Part shown: piece by piece, positions 38,061-50,195 of the stretch | Numbering within the stretch: the first letter of the stretch is position 1 | Layout: each line of letters opens with the position of its first letter | From: Octopus bimaculoides | Taxonomy: Eukaryota | Direction of reading: 5' to 3' | Assembly (NCBI RefSeq): GCF_001194135.2 | Contig: NC_068987.1 | Location: 63,066,833 to 63,130,823, forward strand | DNA: 63,991 nt | Program-made: the position numbers and the translations under genes | The notes under the pieces: model-generated | What the model was told of the DNA's origin: nothing | The model's database searches: none | The model's input: only the letters and a program-made list of their open reading frames with translations

Positions 38061-38442
38061 TGGAAGCGCAATGGCCCAGTGGTTAGGGCAGCGAACTCGT
38101 AGTCATAGGATTGCGGTTTTGATTCCCAGACCGGGCGTTGTGAGTGTGTATTGAGCGAAAACACCTAAAGCTCCACGAGGCTTCGGCAGGGGATGGTGGC
38201 GAACCCCGCTGTACTCTTTCACCACAACTTTCTCTCACTCTTACTTCCTGTTTCTGTTGTGCCTGTAATTCAAAGGGTCAGCCTTGTCACACTGTGTCAC
38301 ACTGAATATCCCCTAGAACTACGTTAAGGGTACACGTGTCTGTGGAGTGCTCAGCCACTTGCACGTTAAGTTCACGAGCAGGCTGTTCCGTTGATTGGAT
38401 CAGCTGGAACCCTTGACGTCGTAAGCAACGGAGTGCCAACAA
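38061..38442 (+). mobile_element. Full-length SINE family E with 12-bp TSD
   Basis: tRNA-like head 'ggaagcgcaatggcccagtggttagggcagc'. ATCTTGATATTG (38049-38060) and ATCTTGACATTG (38443-38454). Confidence 0.9.
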
Positions 38443-38854
38443 ATCTTGACATTGCATGACTGTTGTAAATTATCGTCCTTCATTTCCAGTGTTCTGTGAA
38501 AGCATGTCTGGCCCAGGTGTAATATTGCCTTGCTTGCAAACAGGTAAGGACTAGTGAAAGGAAGGACATCCAGCCATGGAAAAAGAAACTTCTTTTAAAA
38601 ATACTGCACACCATCTCACTCTTGATTACATGAACCTTTAAATGGCAGTAAAGAGTTTGCATGATTGTGTGTGCCAAGCAATCAGAAAAACAAAAATTAT
38701 CTCTTTTCCTGAAGGGTAATTTTTATAATTATTTTCACTTTAAATAAATACAAAAACTATAGTAATTGTCAGTTTCTCTTCCAATAAAATTTACAATCTC
38801 CTTGTTGAAGAGTGCCATAGATTATTCACTTTTGTCTAATGACGGCTAAATCTC

Positions 38855-39369
38855 TTTTACTCTTTTACTTGTTTCAGTCATTTGACTGTGGCCATGCTGG
38901 AGCACCGCCTTTATAGTCGAGCAAATCGACCCCAGAGCTTATTCTTTGTAAGCCTAGTACTTATTCTATCGGTCTTTTTTGCCGAACTGCTAAGTTATGG
39001 GGACGTAAACACACCAGCATCGGTTGTCAAGCGATGCTGGGGGTCAGCCTTGTCACACTGTGTCACGCTGAATATCCCCGAGAACTACGTTNNNNNNNNN
39101 NTCTTTGTAAGCCTAGTACTTATTCTATCGGTCTTTTTTGCAGAACTGCTAAGTTATGGGGACGTAAACACACCAGCATCGGTTGTCAAGCGATGCTGGG
39201 GGTCAGCCTTGTCACACTGTGTCACGCTGAATATCCCCGAGAACTACGTTAAGGGTACACGTGTCTGTGGAGTGCTCAGCCACTTGCACGTTAATTTCAC
39301 GAGCAGGCTGTTCTGTTGATCGAATCAACTGGAACCCTCAACGTCCTAAGCGACGGAGTGCCAACAACA
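38855..39369. mobile_element. Back-to-back chimera of family A 3' part (minus) and family E 3' part (plus)
   Basis: Junction 'caagcgatgctgggg|gtcagccttgtcacac'. 149 bp are duplicated across the 10-N gap. Confidence 0.75.
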
Positions 39370-39506
39370 ACTTGTTAAGATAGTGGGTGTTGTGGTGGTG
39401 GTGGTGCTTGTTAAAATTGTTGTTGTTGTGATGATAGTGGTCGTTATTGTTGCTGTAGTGGTGGTTGGCTGTGTGTTTATTAATTTGCCTTTATTGTTAA
39501 TTGCAG

Positions 39507-40331
39507 GAAATGATAATCTTCCGAAGTCAGCAAGTCAGTGTTGAATCACCAAAGGCTATTCCTGTACCAAAGACCACAAATGAAGAATTCCAACCAAAAG
39601 CAAAAGTTGCCAAATTGAAACCAGAGAAATCAGTTAAACCTCAAGCACCAGTAGCTGTACAAGTAAAATCTCCACCGTCACAACCACAACTACCGCCAGC
39701 AAAACCCATGATTAAAAATACCAAAATAACTGATAACCGGACCAAAGCAGCAAAGGCACAGATGGCTGCTCAAGCGGCTCAAGCGGCACAAGCGGCACAA
39801 GCAGCACAAGCAGCTCAAGCAGCCCTAGTTGCAGCAACAGTGAAAAGAGTGGTAGTAGAGTCAGACGATGAGTCAGACGAGGATGATGATGAGGAAGAAG
39901 GTGCAGAGTCGGAAGAGGGGGAAGAGGGCAGCAGTGAAGCTGGGGAAGAGAGCAGTGGGGAGGAAGAGGAGGAGGAAGAAGGGGAAGAGTCAGAGGGAAT
40001 GGCGGAGGCGGTGGAAGTTAAGGGCAAGGCACAGTGCAAGGACAGTGGTACCATCAATACTGACAACAACAACGACGATGTCGACGATGACGATGATGGT
40101 GATGAGGATGAGGATGAGGATGATGATGAGGAGGAGGAGGAAGTGGAGGAGGAAAATGACAACAATAATGACGAGGATAATGATGACGAGGGGGATGATG
40201 GTGGTAATAATGCAGGTGTCGAAGTTGACGATAAAGATGACAGCAGTGATGATGATGATGACGATGAGGACGAGGACGATGAGGACGAGGACGATGAGGA
40301 CGATGACGATGAGGAGGAGGAAGATGAATAA
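39507..40331 (+). CDS. HMGB: HMGB-family protein, terminal exon (basic linker, (AAQ)6, long acidic tail)
   Basis: ttgcag|GAA ATG ATA..., 274 codons to TAA, phase 0 as in the HMGB1 last exon; ends in a D/E tract. Confidence 0.9.
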   Translation, partial: EMIIFRSQQVSVESPKAIPVPKTTNEEFQPKAKVAKLKPEKSVKPQAPVAVQVKSPPSQPQLPPAKPMIKNTKITDNRTKAAKAQMAAQAAQAAQAAQAAQAAQAALVAATVKRVVVESDDESDEDDDEEEGAESEEGEEGSSEAGEESSGEEEEEEEGEESEGMAEAVEVKGKAQCKDSGTINTDNNNDDVDDDDDGDEDEDEDDDEEEEEVEEENDNNNDEDNDDEGDDGGNNAGVEVDDKDDSSDDDDDDEDEDDEDEDDEDDDDEEEEDE

Positions 40332-40619
40332 AGCAATGCAATTTGAGAGGCAAAAAGTGCTTTTTTTTTTTTTAATATTTTTTTAATCGCTTAGTGAGAA
40401 GGGGCAAAAGGCAGCCCCTGTGGTCCATTTGGGCCTCTGACTGGTGGCAGGAAAGGTGGACATTATGCTCAAAACCAGAGATCTGTCTCAAATGCTTGTA
40501 ACAGAATGGACTCTGCTAAAACCATCTGATGGCCTGTTGAGGTTGTTAAACAAGTCTATGTATTAAGTCTACCAAAATCGTCCTACTCTATCGAGATCAT
40601 GTACACATTGCATTTATTT

Positions 40620-40742
40620 ATTAAAAAAAAATACAAAAAAATACAGGTACCAAAAATGCTATAAAAGAAAATGTTTTCTTAGCGTTTTTATTTATTTTTT
40701 TGTTTTATAGGGTATTGTTTGCTTTTCTTTTTTTTTGTTGTT
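40620..40742 (+). terminator. Candidate HMGB polyadenylation signal
   Basis: ATTAAA at 40620-40625 followed by a T/GT-rich tract at ~40672-40742. Confidence 0.35.
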
Positions 40743-40984
40743 ATTATCGTTACTTTAGGCATAGGTGCAGGCATGGCTATGTGGTTAAGAAGTTCAGTTC
40801 TCAACCATGTGGTTTTGGGTTCTGTCCTACTGAACATCACCTTGGGCAAATGTTTTCTACAATTGCCCTGAGTCAACTAAAACCTTGTGAGTGTATTTGG
40901 TTGATAGAAATTGAAAAAAATAAGCCCTTTCCATGAATGTGTGTATATATACATATGTGTGTAACGTGTGTATATATATATATT

Positions 40985-41260
40985 TATATAGATAGGGTGA
41001 TAAATTGAATATTAATTCAATTTAAAACCAAGTGGCCTAGCATATAAAAAAATCTGAAAATTCAGAAAAAATTGTATTACACGTGTATAAGGGATGACCA
41101 CTAGGTGGACATCCAATATGCTAGAAAGAGGTCATCAACGACCCAACCACAAAGAAAAATAATTAGTTTTCTTTATTTTTCTTTGTGGTTGGGTCATTGA
41201 TGACCTCTTTCTAGCATATTGGATGTCCACCTAGTGGTCATCCCTTATACACATGTAATA
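40985..41260. repeat. (TA)n-embedded element with 88-bp inverted repeat
   Basis: Arms 41075-41162 and 41173-41260 match 86/88; 10-nt loop. Confidence 0.9.
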
Positions 41261-42085
41261 TATGTGTCTGTATATATGTATATATATACATATGTATAGA
41301 TGCGTGTATATATAAGATGGACTCTCTTGTCGAAAACAACGCTGAGCGTTCAGTTCTTGCCAAATAACCTGCACAAATGATATGTTTACCTTGATCAAAT
41401 GGTCATGCCACACATTAGCTCACTGTCTCTATCAAATCAATGTTGTCTGAACAGGTGCACAGTGTAACACACGATGAAAGGTGTTTTAGCAGTTTAGTGA
41501 TCATCTCTTCTCTTTGATTATCTCCAAATACACTGTTTACTTTCTTTTAAGGAAGTAAGCTTTGAGGAAGATTTGGCTGCTATTTCTAGTTAGTCAAGTG
41601 ACTGCACAGGTGCTTTGGTGGTAGCTAATAGCTGATCAAACATTTGGCATTGTTCCACAAATCCACAAGTTGTGAGTCCTTTAATTTGTGTCAGGAATGC
41701 CACTGAAGAGAGATAAGAAACAAACTAAGTCTTAGGGTTGATTTATTTAATTAAAACCCTTCAAGGTGGTGCCCCAGATTGGCCACAGTCAGATGACTAA
41801 AACAAGTAAAAGATAAAAGTTAAGAATAAAAATAGAAACAACAGCCAAATATCTCTCAAATTCCATCCTGCTGTCTTGAGAAAGGAAGAGATGGTGTGGT
41901 TACCCCTGGAATGTTTTTGGTCCTAAGCCTATTCAATCGGCTAATCTGGGGTTAAACAACAGCACATCACCTCCCTCCAGTTAATGTCTTTGGTAAATCA
42001 GTTCTAGAAGTAAGTATCAATTTGTATCAATGGGAAGAATTAGTTGGTGGAATTGAACTCAGTACTGCTGGTTTTACAAATCACT

Positions 42086-42294
42086 CACCGCCTGACTGGT
42101 CCTCGTGCCGGTGACACGTAAAAGCACCCACTACACTCTTGGAGTGGTTGGCGTTAGGAAGGGCGTCCAGCTGTAGAAACTCTGCCAGATCAGATTGGAG
42201 CCTGGTGCAGCCATCTGGTTTGCCAGTCCTCACTCAAATTGTCCAACCCATGCCAGCATGGAAAACGGACGTTAAACGATGATGATGATGATGT
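42086..42294 (+). mobile_element. SINE-like family C copy
   Basis: Ends 'ggacgttaaacgatgatgatgatgatg'. Confidence 0.9.
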
Positions 42295-42399
42295 CACTGC
42301 TAAGAATGCTTGCAATCTGTGTGGACTTGATCATTTCAAGTTTGTCTTAGTCATCAAAACTACCCAGTTCTCTTAAATGCCTATGCTGTCATGTTATTT

Positions 42400-43620
42400 A
42401 TCAAGAAAGTAGTACAATGAGGTGTCATCCAATTACTGGCATAGCAGTATCACCGTTAACTATTGGGTCAAACTACAAGGGCAAAAGAGATGTTCTAGAA
42501 AGAGGTCACTGTAGAAGCATCAAACTGATGGGCCAAGTTATGAAAATAACAGAAAGAGTTTTTAGCAACAACTGATTAGGATAAGAATTAGCTTGGATGA
42601 AATACAGTTTGGATTTGTGCCTTGACAGGTTATGACTGATGCCCTCTTCCTAGTGGGCAACTACAAGAGAAATTCTTAGCTGAGTGCTATATCAATTGTT
42701 CATTGATCTGGAGAAAGCCTTTGACAGGGTGCCATGTTCTGTAGTCTGATAGTCTTTAAGAAAGCTAGGTGTAGATGAATAGTTTGTGGTAGCTGTGCAA
42801 GCCTTGCACATTGTTGCTATCAGCAAGATGAGATCTCAATGAAGAATTCAGCGTGCAGGTAGGTGTCTAATCAAAACTTGGGTCTCAGCTCTTTCCTGTT
42901 TATTATACTTCTCTTTCCTGTTTATTATACTTAAACATGAGTTTAAGATCGAGTGATGACCAGCTCTCATAGTGGAATAATTCAAAGATATAGAGAATTT
43001 CTTCTCTAAAATCAAGATGTCTGAGAGTAGACCTAACAAAGTCAAAAGTTATAACAGGAAAGAAAACAAGAATCTACTACCATTTGGAATGTGGATATGC
43101 TCAATATGCAGAAATGATGCAAGTAGGAATTCTGCACAGGGTACAGGGTATGCAATATAAACAATGTGTGGACATGTGATGTAGTTGAAACTCAGAAAAC
43201 TGTCAGATGCACAAAAGTAGCTTGTCATAATAGCACCCTCAAAATTCAAATACTTGGGAAGTAGTTGATAACTTCTGTTACCTGTGTGATCTAATTTGCA
43301 ATTGAAGTTGAAACTTTGAAACACAGTAGCCAGAATACAGAATAGAAAAAGTTCTAGGAACTCTTCTCTTTTGGCAAAAAGGAGTTCTATCTTCAAATGC
43401 AAGATAAAGTGTATGATGTGTATTGTTGCTTGGTAGCAAAATATGGGCATTGAATGTGAAGGTTGTGCAAAACTTGAAAAGAAATGAAAGAAGTAAGATA
43501 AAATAAAACTTAAAATTTTTATGTCAATAATGCGAGCTCTTTGCAATAAATTTATCCCAGAGAGAAGGATCAATATATGCAAAAACATTTTTTGAGACAG
43601 AAGTCTATGAGATGAAGAAT
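42400..43620 (+). mobile_element. Decayed RTE-clade LINE reverse transcriptase region
   Basis: 'IQFGFVP' (~42602) and 'FIDLEKAFDRVP' (~42701-42735); numerous stops. Confidence 0.75.
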
Positions 43621-45522
43621 AAAGATCTCAAAATGTTGAAGGCAGCAAGGAATCCCATTTAAAACACCGAAAGCAAACTCAAACTCTCCCAGGACAGTGC
43701 AGGAAGAAAAGTCACTGCTGTAGAAAATACAAAAATGAACCTCAGATTCTATAAATTTGCAAAATTGATTATATTATGAAGTGGCATCCATCAATTACAT
43801 CGACATAAAAGAGTGATGTAATATCAGCAAAAAATAAACACAACCTGATGGCTTTCCTGAGATTCTTTTAAAGACATAAGAAGACTCCAGCAAAACTACC
43901 ACATATTTTGCAGAGCTTTGCTGTAAATGGTAAACTCATCCCAAAATTAAAAGAAAATATAATATACTCATAAAACAAGAAACAGAGCGGATGCAATTCT
44001 TCACACTAACCCCTTCTTCTCTTTCTCTTATTTTGTTATTGACCCCAGGTTAATGTTGAATAAACTGATATAAAGTCAAAGATGTGTTCTGTTTCCTCTC
44101 CCACAGTACATTAACATCACCTTTTTTCCTTGCTTTTACTATTTTAATCATTGCTTTTATAGACCATCTCTAGTCTCTTTGAATTTTAGGGATTATATTA
44201 TTATTGTAATTCAGTTGTAACTCGATACCACATAACTTATTTTGTTATGTGTGAGAGGCAATGTTGTAGTTTGGGTGGGGGAAAATGTAAGAGATGAAAA
44301 GGCCAGCCTACCTGAACTACAAGTCATCTTTAATTAACACGAGAAGTGTGCACACTGGTTTGTGAGTAATGAATCAGTGGCTTCATAAAGACCCACATAG
44401 TGTTGTCATTGTTGGACAAAATGCTAAGTGGTATTTCTTCCAGCCTTATTCTGAGTTAAAATTTTGTTAAGGTAAAATAAGTTCCAATTGAGCACTGGGG
44501 TCATTGTAATTGAGTAGCTCCTTCCCCCAAAATTTCAGATCTTGTGCTTATAGTAGGAATAAAAAAAGAAAAAAAAAAGACAAATAATATTTCCTCTTTT
44601 AAAACTGGATTGGCAGAATTGGTAGCATGTTGAACAAAATGTCATGTGATATTAAGTTATGGCTCTTTACATTCTGAGTTCAAATCTTACTGAGGTCTAC
44701 TTTGCATTTCATCCTTCTGGGATTGATAAAATAAAGCATCAATCAAGGACTAGGGTTGACATAATCAGTGTTTTCTTCCCTTAAATTTCTGGCCTTGTAC
44801 CTATCAAGAAATTACCAGGGCAGTGAATTAGCAGAATCATTAGTGTATTGGACAAAATGCATTGCAGTATTTGTTCAAATTCTTTACAATCTGAGTTCAA
44901 ATCCTGCTGAAGTCTATCTTGCTTTTCATCTTTCTGGGAGGCATTAAAATAAATCATTTGTTAAATAATTGACTAAACTCCTGCACACAAAATTGCTGGC
45001 CTTGTGCCTGAATGTGATACCTTGCTGCCAGTTTTGACCTTTGTTACCATAAAAGTTTTATTCTTTGCATTATAATTTACAGTAATAAGTAAATTGAGAA
45101 CTCTGAAAAACAAACAAACAAAAATGTTGGAAAATGAAGTATCTTGAGTTCCTTCAAGCATCTAAGTGAAGGTTTTTGTTATAAGGTTAATTGAAAATGT
45201 GGGCCCTTATAGCTACAAAATTTGTGTAAGGAGCAGTGACTTCAGGTACTAGTGCTGCTTAAAAAAGAGATCAAGGTAGGGTCCATGCAAGTAGCTTTTT
45301 TCCTGCCAATATTTACATGACTCTGTGGTTGAAAAGCTCACTTCTTAATCACATGGTTTCAAGTTCAGTCTCACTACGTGGCACATTGGGCAAGTGTCTT
45401 CTATTATAGCACTTGGTCAACCAAAGTCTTGTGAGTGGATATAATGGACAGAAACTAAAAGAAGCTCATATATATATGTATATATATATATAGCCAAATC
45501 GACNNNNNNNNNNGATGATGAT

Positions 45523-45558
<36 letters not shown>

Positions 45559-46719
45559 TATATGTATGTGTGTGTTCTTGTCTTAATAATGCTTGATAGA
45601 TGTAAGTGAATGTCATAGTTATACATGCAATGCCATTCATTTCCAATCATACATGAAAACATGCCTGGACATGGGTAATAATACTTTGCTTAGAAAGAAG
45701 TTGGCAACAGGAAGGGCATGCAGCTATTAAAAATTATCTTCAACAAACTCCATTCAGCCTTTGCAAGCATGGAGAGTGGATGTTAAAATGACAACAACGA
45801 CGATGTTGATGATTATGTTGTATTTTCCTCTGGTAGCTGGCAACAGATTCAAGGATGGTACAAACTCTACTTATACCACTGACTCCAGTTCACTCAGCTG
45901 TAGAAATAAGTTGCAATGTCACTGGTGCCAAGGCCTTGCCTTTCCTTTGGATAACATCAGTGGCGTAAAGAGGGGAGTCTGGTATGCATGGATGACTGCT
46001 GGTCTTCCATAAACAACTTTGCTTGGATTTGTGCCACCTCAGAGGGGAACTTTTTAGGTGCAATCCCATGGCCATTCACGAACAAAGGAGTCTTTACCCT
46101 TTACACTAGGCATTATTAGTTTCAAAAGACATGCATCCAGTGCAGAAGTTGAGAGATGTAGGTGATAGATAAAGAAATATATTACAGTAAAAGTAATCTT
46201 TAAATACTGATATTCATCAATCATATTAAAAGGCTTAGTAATAACACAAGGTAAACAATTACAGTTCTATTTGTTTAGAGAGTCACTGCTCTAAAAAAGA
46301 ATTATTTTGTGTTCTCAAAATAGGTAGAGAAATTTGCAGGATTACTTTGTTTCAATAGTAGAATACCTGTCGTGTTAATAGGAGATGTAGGTTCAATTCC
46401 TATGGACAGCTGTTGATATTTTCTATCCAAAGGATTCTTTTAATCTAATGTGCATGTGCTATTATTTATAGCTTTATCTGCTTTGAGATCCACTGTTACA
46501 TAAAAGGATAATTTTACATTCTCTTGAAGTTTATAAATTCTTCTTACATCAACAACATACAGTTCTTGCTGGTAAGAACAAAGTTTCTAAAATGGATTGA
46601 GAAATTCAAAGTATTGAAGGCTGATTTCAAAATGCTGAACATTACAAAGATGACAAATAAACGATTACCCATTTGAGTTATTGTTTAGATTTGTTACAAA
46701 CACACACACACATACATGT

Positions 46720-46905
46720 ATCATCATCATCATCATCATCGTTTAACGTTCGCTTTCCATGCTAGCATGGGTTGGACGATTTGACTGAGGACTGGTGAAA
46801 CCGGATGGCAACACCAGGCTCCAATCTAAATTTGGCAGAGTTTCTACAGCTGGATGCCCTTCCTAACGCCAACCACTCAGAGAGTGTAGTGGGTGCTTTT
46901 ACGTG
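46720..46905 (-). mobile_element. SINE-like family C copy
   Basis: Same sequence as 18361-18542. Confidence 0.85.
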
Positions 46906-47064
46906 TGTATGTATGTATGTATGAGTTGGCAGTACAGCTAAGCACTTTATAGGTGCAAAACCAATGGTCAGTTTCTGACTGGCCATTACAAACAATCATC
47001 TAAATATGTTACTGTTCTAGTGACTTAGAATGTACTTCTTTTTCAGATATATGAACTACTGATG

Positions 47065-47096
<32 letters not shown>

Positions 47097-47158
47097 ATAT
47101 ATACATTATCCATTATCTATTTTCTTTTTTTTGTTTGTAACACTGACAAATTATATGC

Positions 47159-47197
<39 letters not shown>

Positions 47198-47241
47198 TAT
47201 ATATATACACACACACATAATATATATACATATATATATAC

Positions 47242-47559
47242 ACGTGTATAAGGGATGACCACTAGGTGGACATCCAATATGCTAGAAAGAAGTCATCAAT
47301 TACCCAAGCACAAAGAAATTTTTTTCTGAATTTTCAGATTTTTTTATTTGCTAGGCCACTTGGTTTTAAATTGTATTAATATTCAATTTATCACCCTATC
47401 TATATAAATAATACATATATATTAATACAATTTAAAACCAAGTGGCCTAGCAAATAAAAAAATCTGAAAATTCAGAAAAAAATTTCTTTGTGCTTGGGTA
47501 ATTGATGACTTCTTTCTAGCATATTGGATGTCCACCTCGTGGTCATCCCTTATACACGT
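47242..47559. repeat. 141-bp inverted repeat (same element family as 40985-41260)
   Basis: Arms 47242-47382 and 47419-47559 match 140/141; 36-nt loop; abuts a gap. Confidence 0.85.
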
Positions 47560-48004
47560 ATATATNNNNNNNNNNNNNNNNNNNNNNNNNNNNNNNNNNN
47601 NNNNNNNNNNNNNNNNNNNNNNNNNNNNNNNNNNNNNNNNNNNNNNNNNNNNNNNNNNNNNNNNNNNNNNNNNNNNNNNNNNNNNNNNNNNNNNNNNNNN
47701 NNNNNNNNNNNNNNNNNNNNNNNNNNNNNNNNNNNNNNNNNNNNNNNNNNNNNNNNNNNNNNNNNNNNNNNNNNNNNNNNNNNNNNNNNNNNNNNNNNNN
47801 NNNNNNNNNNNNNNNNNNNNNNNNNNNNNNNNNNNNNNNNNNNNNNNNNNNNNNNNNNNNNNNNNNNNNNNNNNNNNNNNNNNNNNNNNNNNNNNNNNNN
47901 NNNNNNNNNNNNNNNNNNNNNNNNNNNNNNNNNNNNNNNNNNNNNNNNNNNNNNNNNNNNNNNNNNNNNNNNNNNNNNNNNNNNNNNNNNNNNNNNNNNN
48001 NNNN

Positions 48005-48078
48005 TAAAAATAAAAATAATAATAAAAAGAGGAAATCTTTATTTATTTGACTTCTACAAAAATAACCGAACAGTAAGT
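48005..48078 (+). promoter_or_regulatory. Candidate non-coding first exon/donor of EXOC1
   Basis: CA|GTAAGT at 48073. The EXOC1 ATG lies only 2 nt after an acceptor, so an upstream exon is required. Identity of this one is a guess. Confidence 0.3.
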
Positions 48079-48688
48079 CTGAGCCGTCTTTTTCATTATC
48101 TCTGCATTAGTTAATGTAATATTTTATGATTTGAGCTACAAATATTAATAAAACAATTCTTTCGCTTGATGTAGCTTATAAAAGATTTGTCGTCTGAATA
48201 TTTTGGACAAATTTCTTAAACGTTATTTAAATATTATGCATTATATTTGGTAAATTTTTACAATTACACCCTAAAAATTTACCTTATATCTATAATATTT
48301 ATGATAGGCTAATATATATATTTAGCGGTGTAATACACAAACATTTGCAAGTGAAAGTGTGTAAATAAAGCACCTGTATTCTAGACAGGATAATCCTGGG
48401 CTAAGTACGACCCCTCCCACAAATCTAGTAACTACGTTACCGTTGTTTAACCCTAAGTCAATCCGGTATCGAGCAACTCTGTGATCAAAAACATTCAAAC
48501 CGTGACCATCCCGCCCTTCTTCATTTCAGAACCTCATTATCAAATGTGTTCTTCTTTTTAAGGGGAGTAGACTTAATTTATAGAGAGAATAGGCTGCTAT
48601 TTCTAGCGAGTCGACCATTCACTCGGCAATTTGAGACTTGAGTTATGGGCAGAAATTAGTCATTGAAGTCTGGTTTATTTCTCTGATG

Positions 48689-48958
48689 CAGTGTTTCTCA
48701 ACCATTTTTTTTTTTTTACCTATGTACCCCTTTAATTCCCATTTTGCTTTATTAGACCCCTTCCAGTTGCCATTCGATGTTTAAAAAATCCTGTTATGTT
48801 TTCATAATTGAATATTATTAGAAATTGTATTGCAAGAATTGTTAAAATATTTTGTGTATTGTAAAACCAATTTATTGCACATAAATGTTAACGACAAAAT
48901 CTTATAAATCTTGTATGAACCCTTAAAGGGTCATATGGACCCCGGTTGAGAACCATTG
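48689..48958. mobile_element. hAT-type MITE, 270 bp
   Basis: TIRs CAGTGTTTCTCAACC and GGTTGAGAACCATTG; 8-bp TSD CTCTGATG / CTCTTATG (7/8 match). Confidence 0.8.
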
Positions 48959-49629
48959 CTCTTATGTACCCAAGATGTGAATAGAATTATGATAGAAATA
49001 ACGTCACCTTTTAAGTTTTCCATTGTCTTCTTGTCACCGCTAGCAGCTCTGATATTTTCAATTTATTAAAAAGGAGAGTATTAAGTGACGTTTAACGAGC
49101 GTCAGTGTTAGGAACCTCAACATATCAACATGTTTTTATTTTGAAACTCAGCATCTTTATACATATATACTGCTTTCAAATGTTGGCACAAAGCCAGCAA
49201 TTTCAGGGGTTGGAGTAAGTCGATTACATCGACCCTAGTACTCAACTGGTTCTTATCGACCATGGAAGGATGAAAGGCAAAGTCGACCTAGGCGGATTTT
49301 GATCCCGGAACGTAAAGACAGACGAAATGCTGCTAAGCATTTTGCCTGGCGTGCTAACGATTCTGCCAGCTTGATCAACATTGTTCCCCCACCCCACTTA
49401 TCCACATAATAATAATTAAATAACAGTCATTGCATCTTTTAATATACTCCTCCCCGTTTCTCCATTTATGATAACATGCTTGGAACTCTGGCTGCGACCA
49501 AAAACAAAAAACATTTGTAAGCTTTGAAGAACTCAGAAGATTTTACACTACTAAAATATGTTTTAGCCTATTATATTCTTTTATGTGATAGTATATTATA
49601 AAATTGTCATACGGTAGTCTTTATAATTC

Positions 49630-50195
49630 TATTTCTTCTTCTTTATCATCATCATCATTGAGTAAGAGAGCAGCACATGCCGTCAAAGTGACACTGGGGT
49701 ACAAATATATGAAGCCCAGTATACCTATCATGACTATCCGTCTGATAAGGGTACACCAGGCACATGCATCACAATCAAATGTGCACGACAGGGTAATCTC
49801 ATATCATGATAAACAGTGCATGACCTTGCAGGTGGGGTCCAGTTAGAATTTTTTTCAGGTCAAGTAGCCCATCCTGCTCAAAAGGTCCCTGAATAAGGGT
49901 TGTTTAAGAATGTTGTACAAAACACCCATGTTTCCAGAGGTGAACTATTCAAACCCCAAAGAATTCTTCTTAATGCATGGCTATGATGCTCCCCCACTAC
50001 TTCTGCTCGTGATCAGAGATGCACATATCGTCAGCCACAAAGGGACATGCTCAACTGGCTAAGGTCAAACAACTGACAAGCAAATCTGTGGTATTAAGCA
50101 GAATATTTGCTGTAGCTCATTTTTTATACCAAGACAAAACATGTACATGATAACACTTCCAATCAGTTAAGATCAGAAGCCATGAGAGCCATCAT
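49630..50195. repeat. Unclassified probable interspersed repeat
   Basis: Sharply bounded GC-richer block starting at (CAT)n. No second copy in the window, so repeat status is unproven. Confidence 0.35.

Noticed and set aside
38943-39250. 149-bp direct duplication
   Set aside because: Straddles a 10-N gap with one SNP; most likely a haplotype overlap artefact.
39815-40386. Poly-Ser, His/Pro-rich and Arg/Met-rich ORFs overlapping the HMGB tail
   Set aside because: Antisense and alternate-frame shadows of GAN-rich acidic codons.
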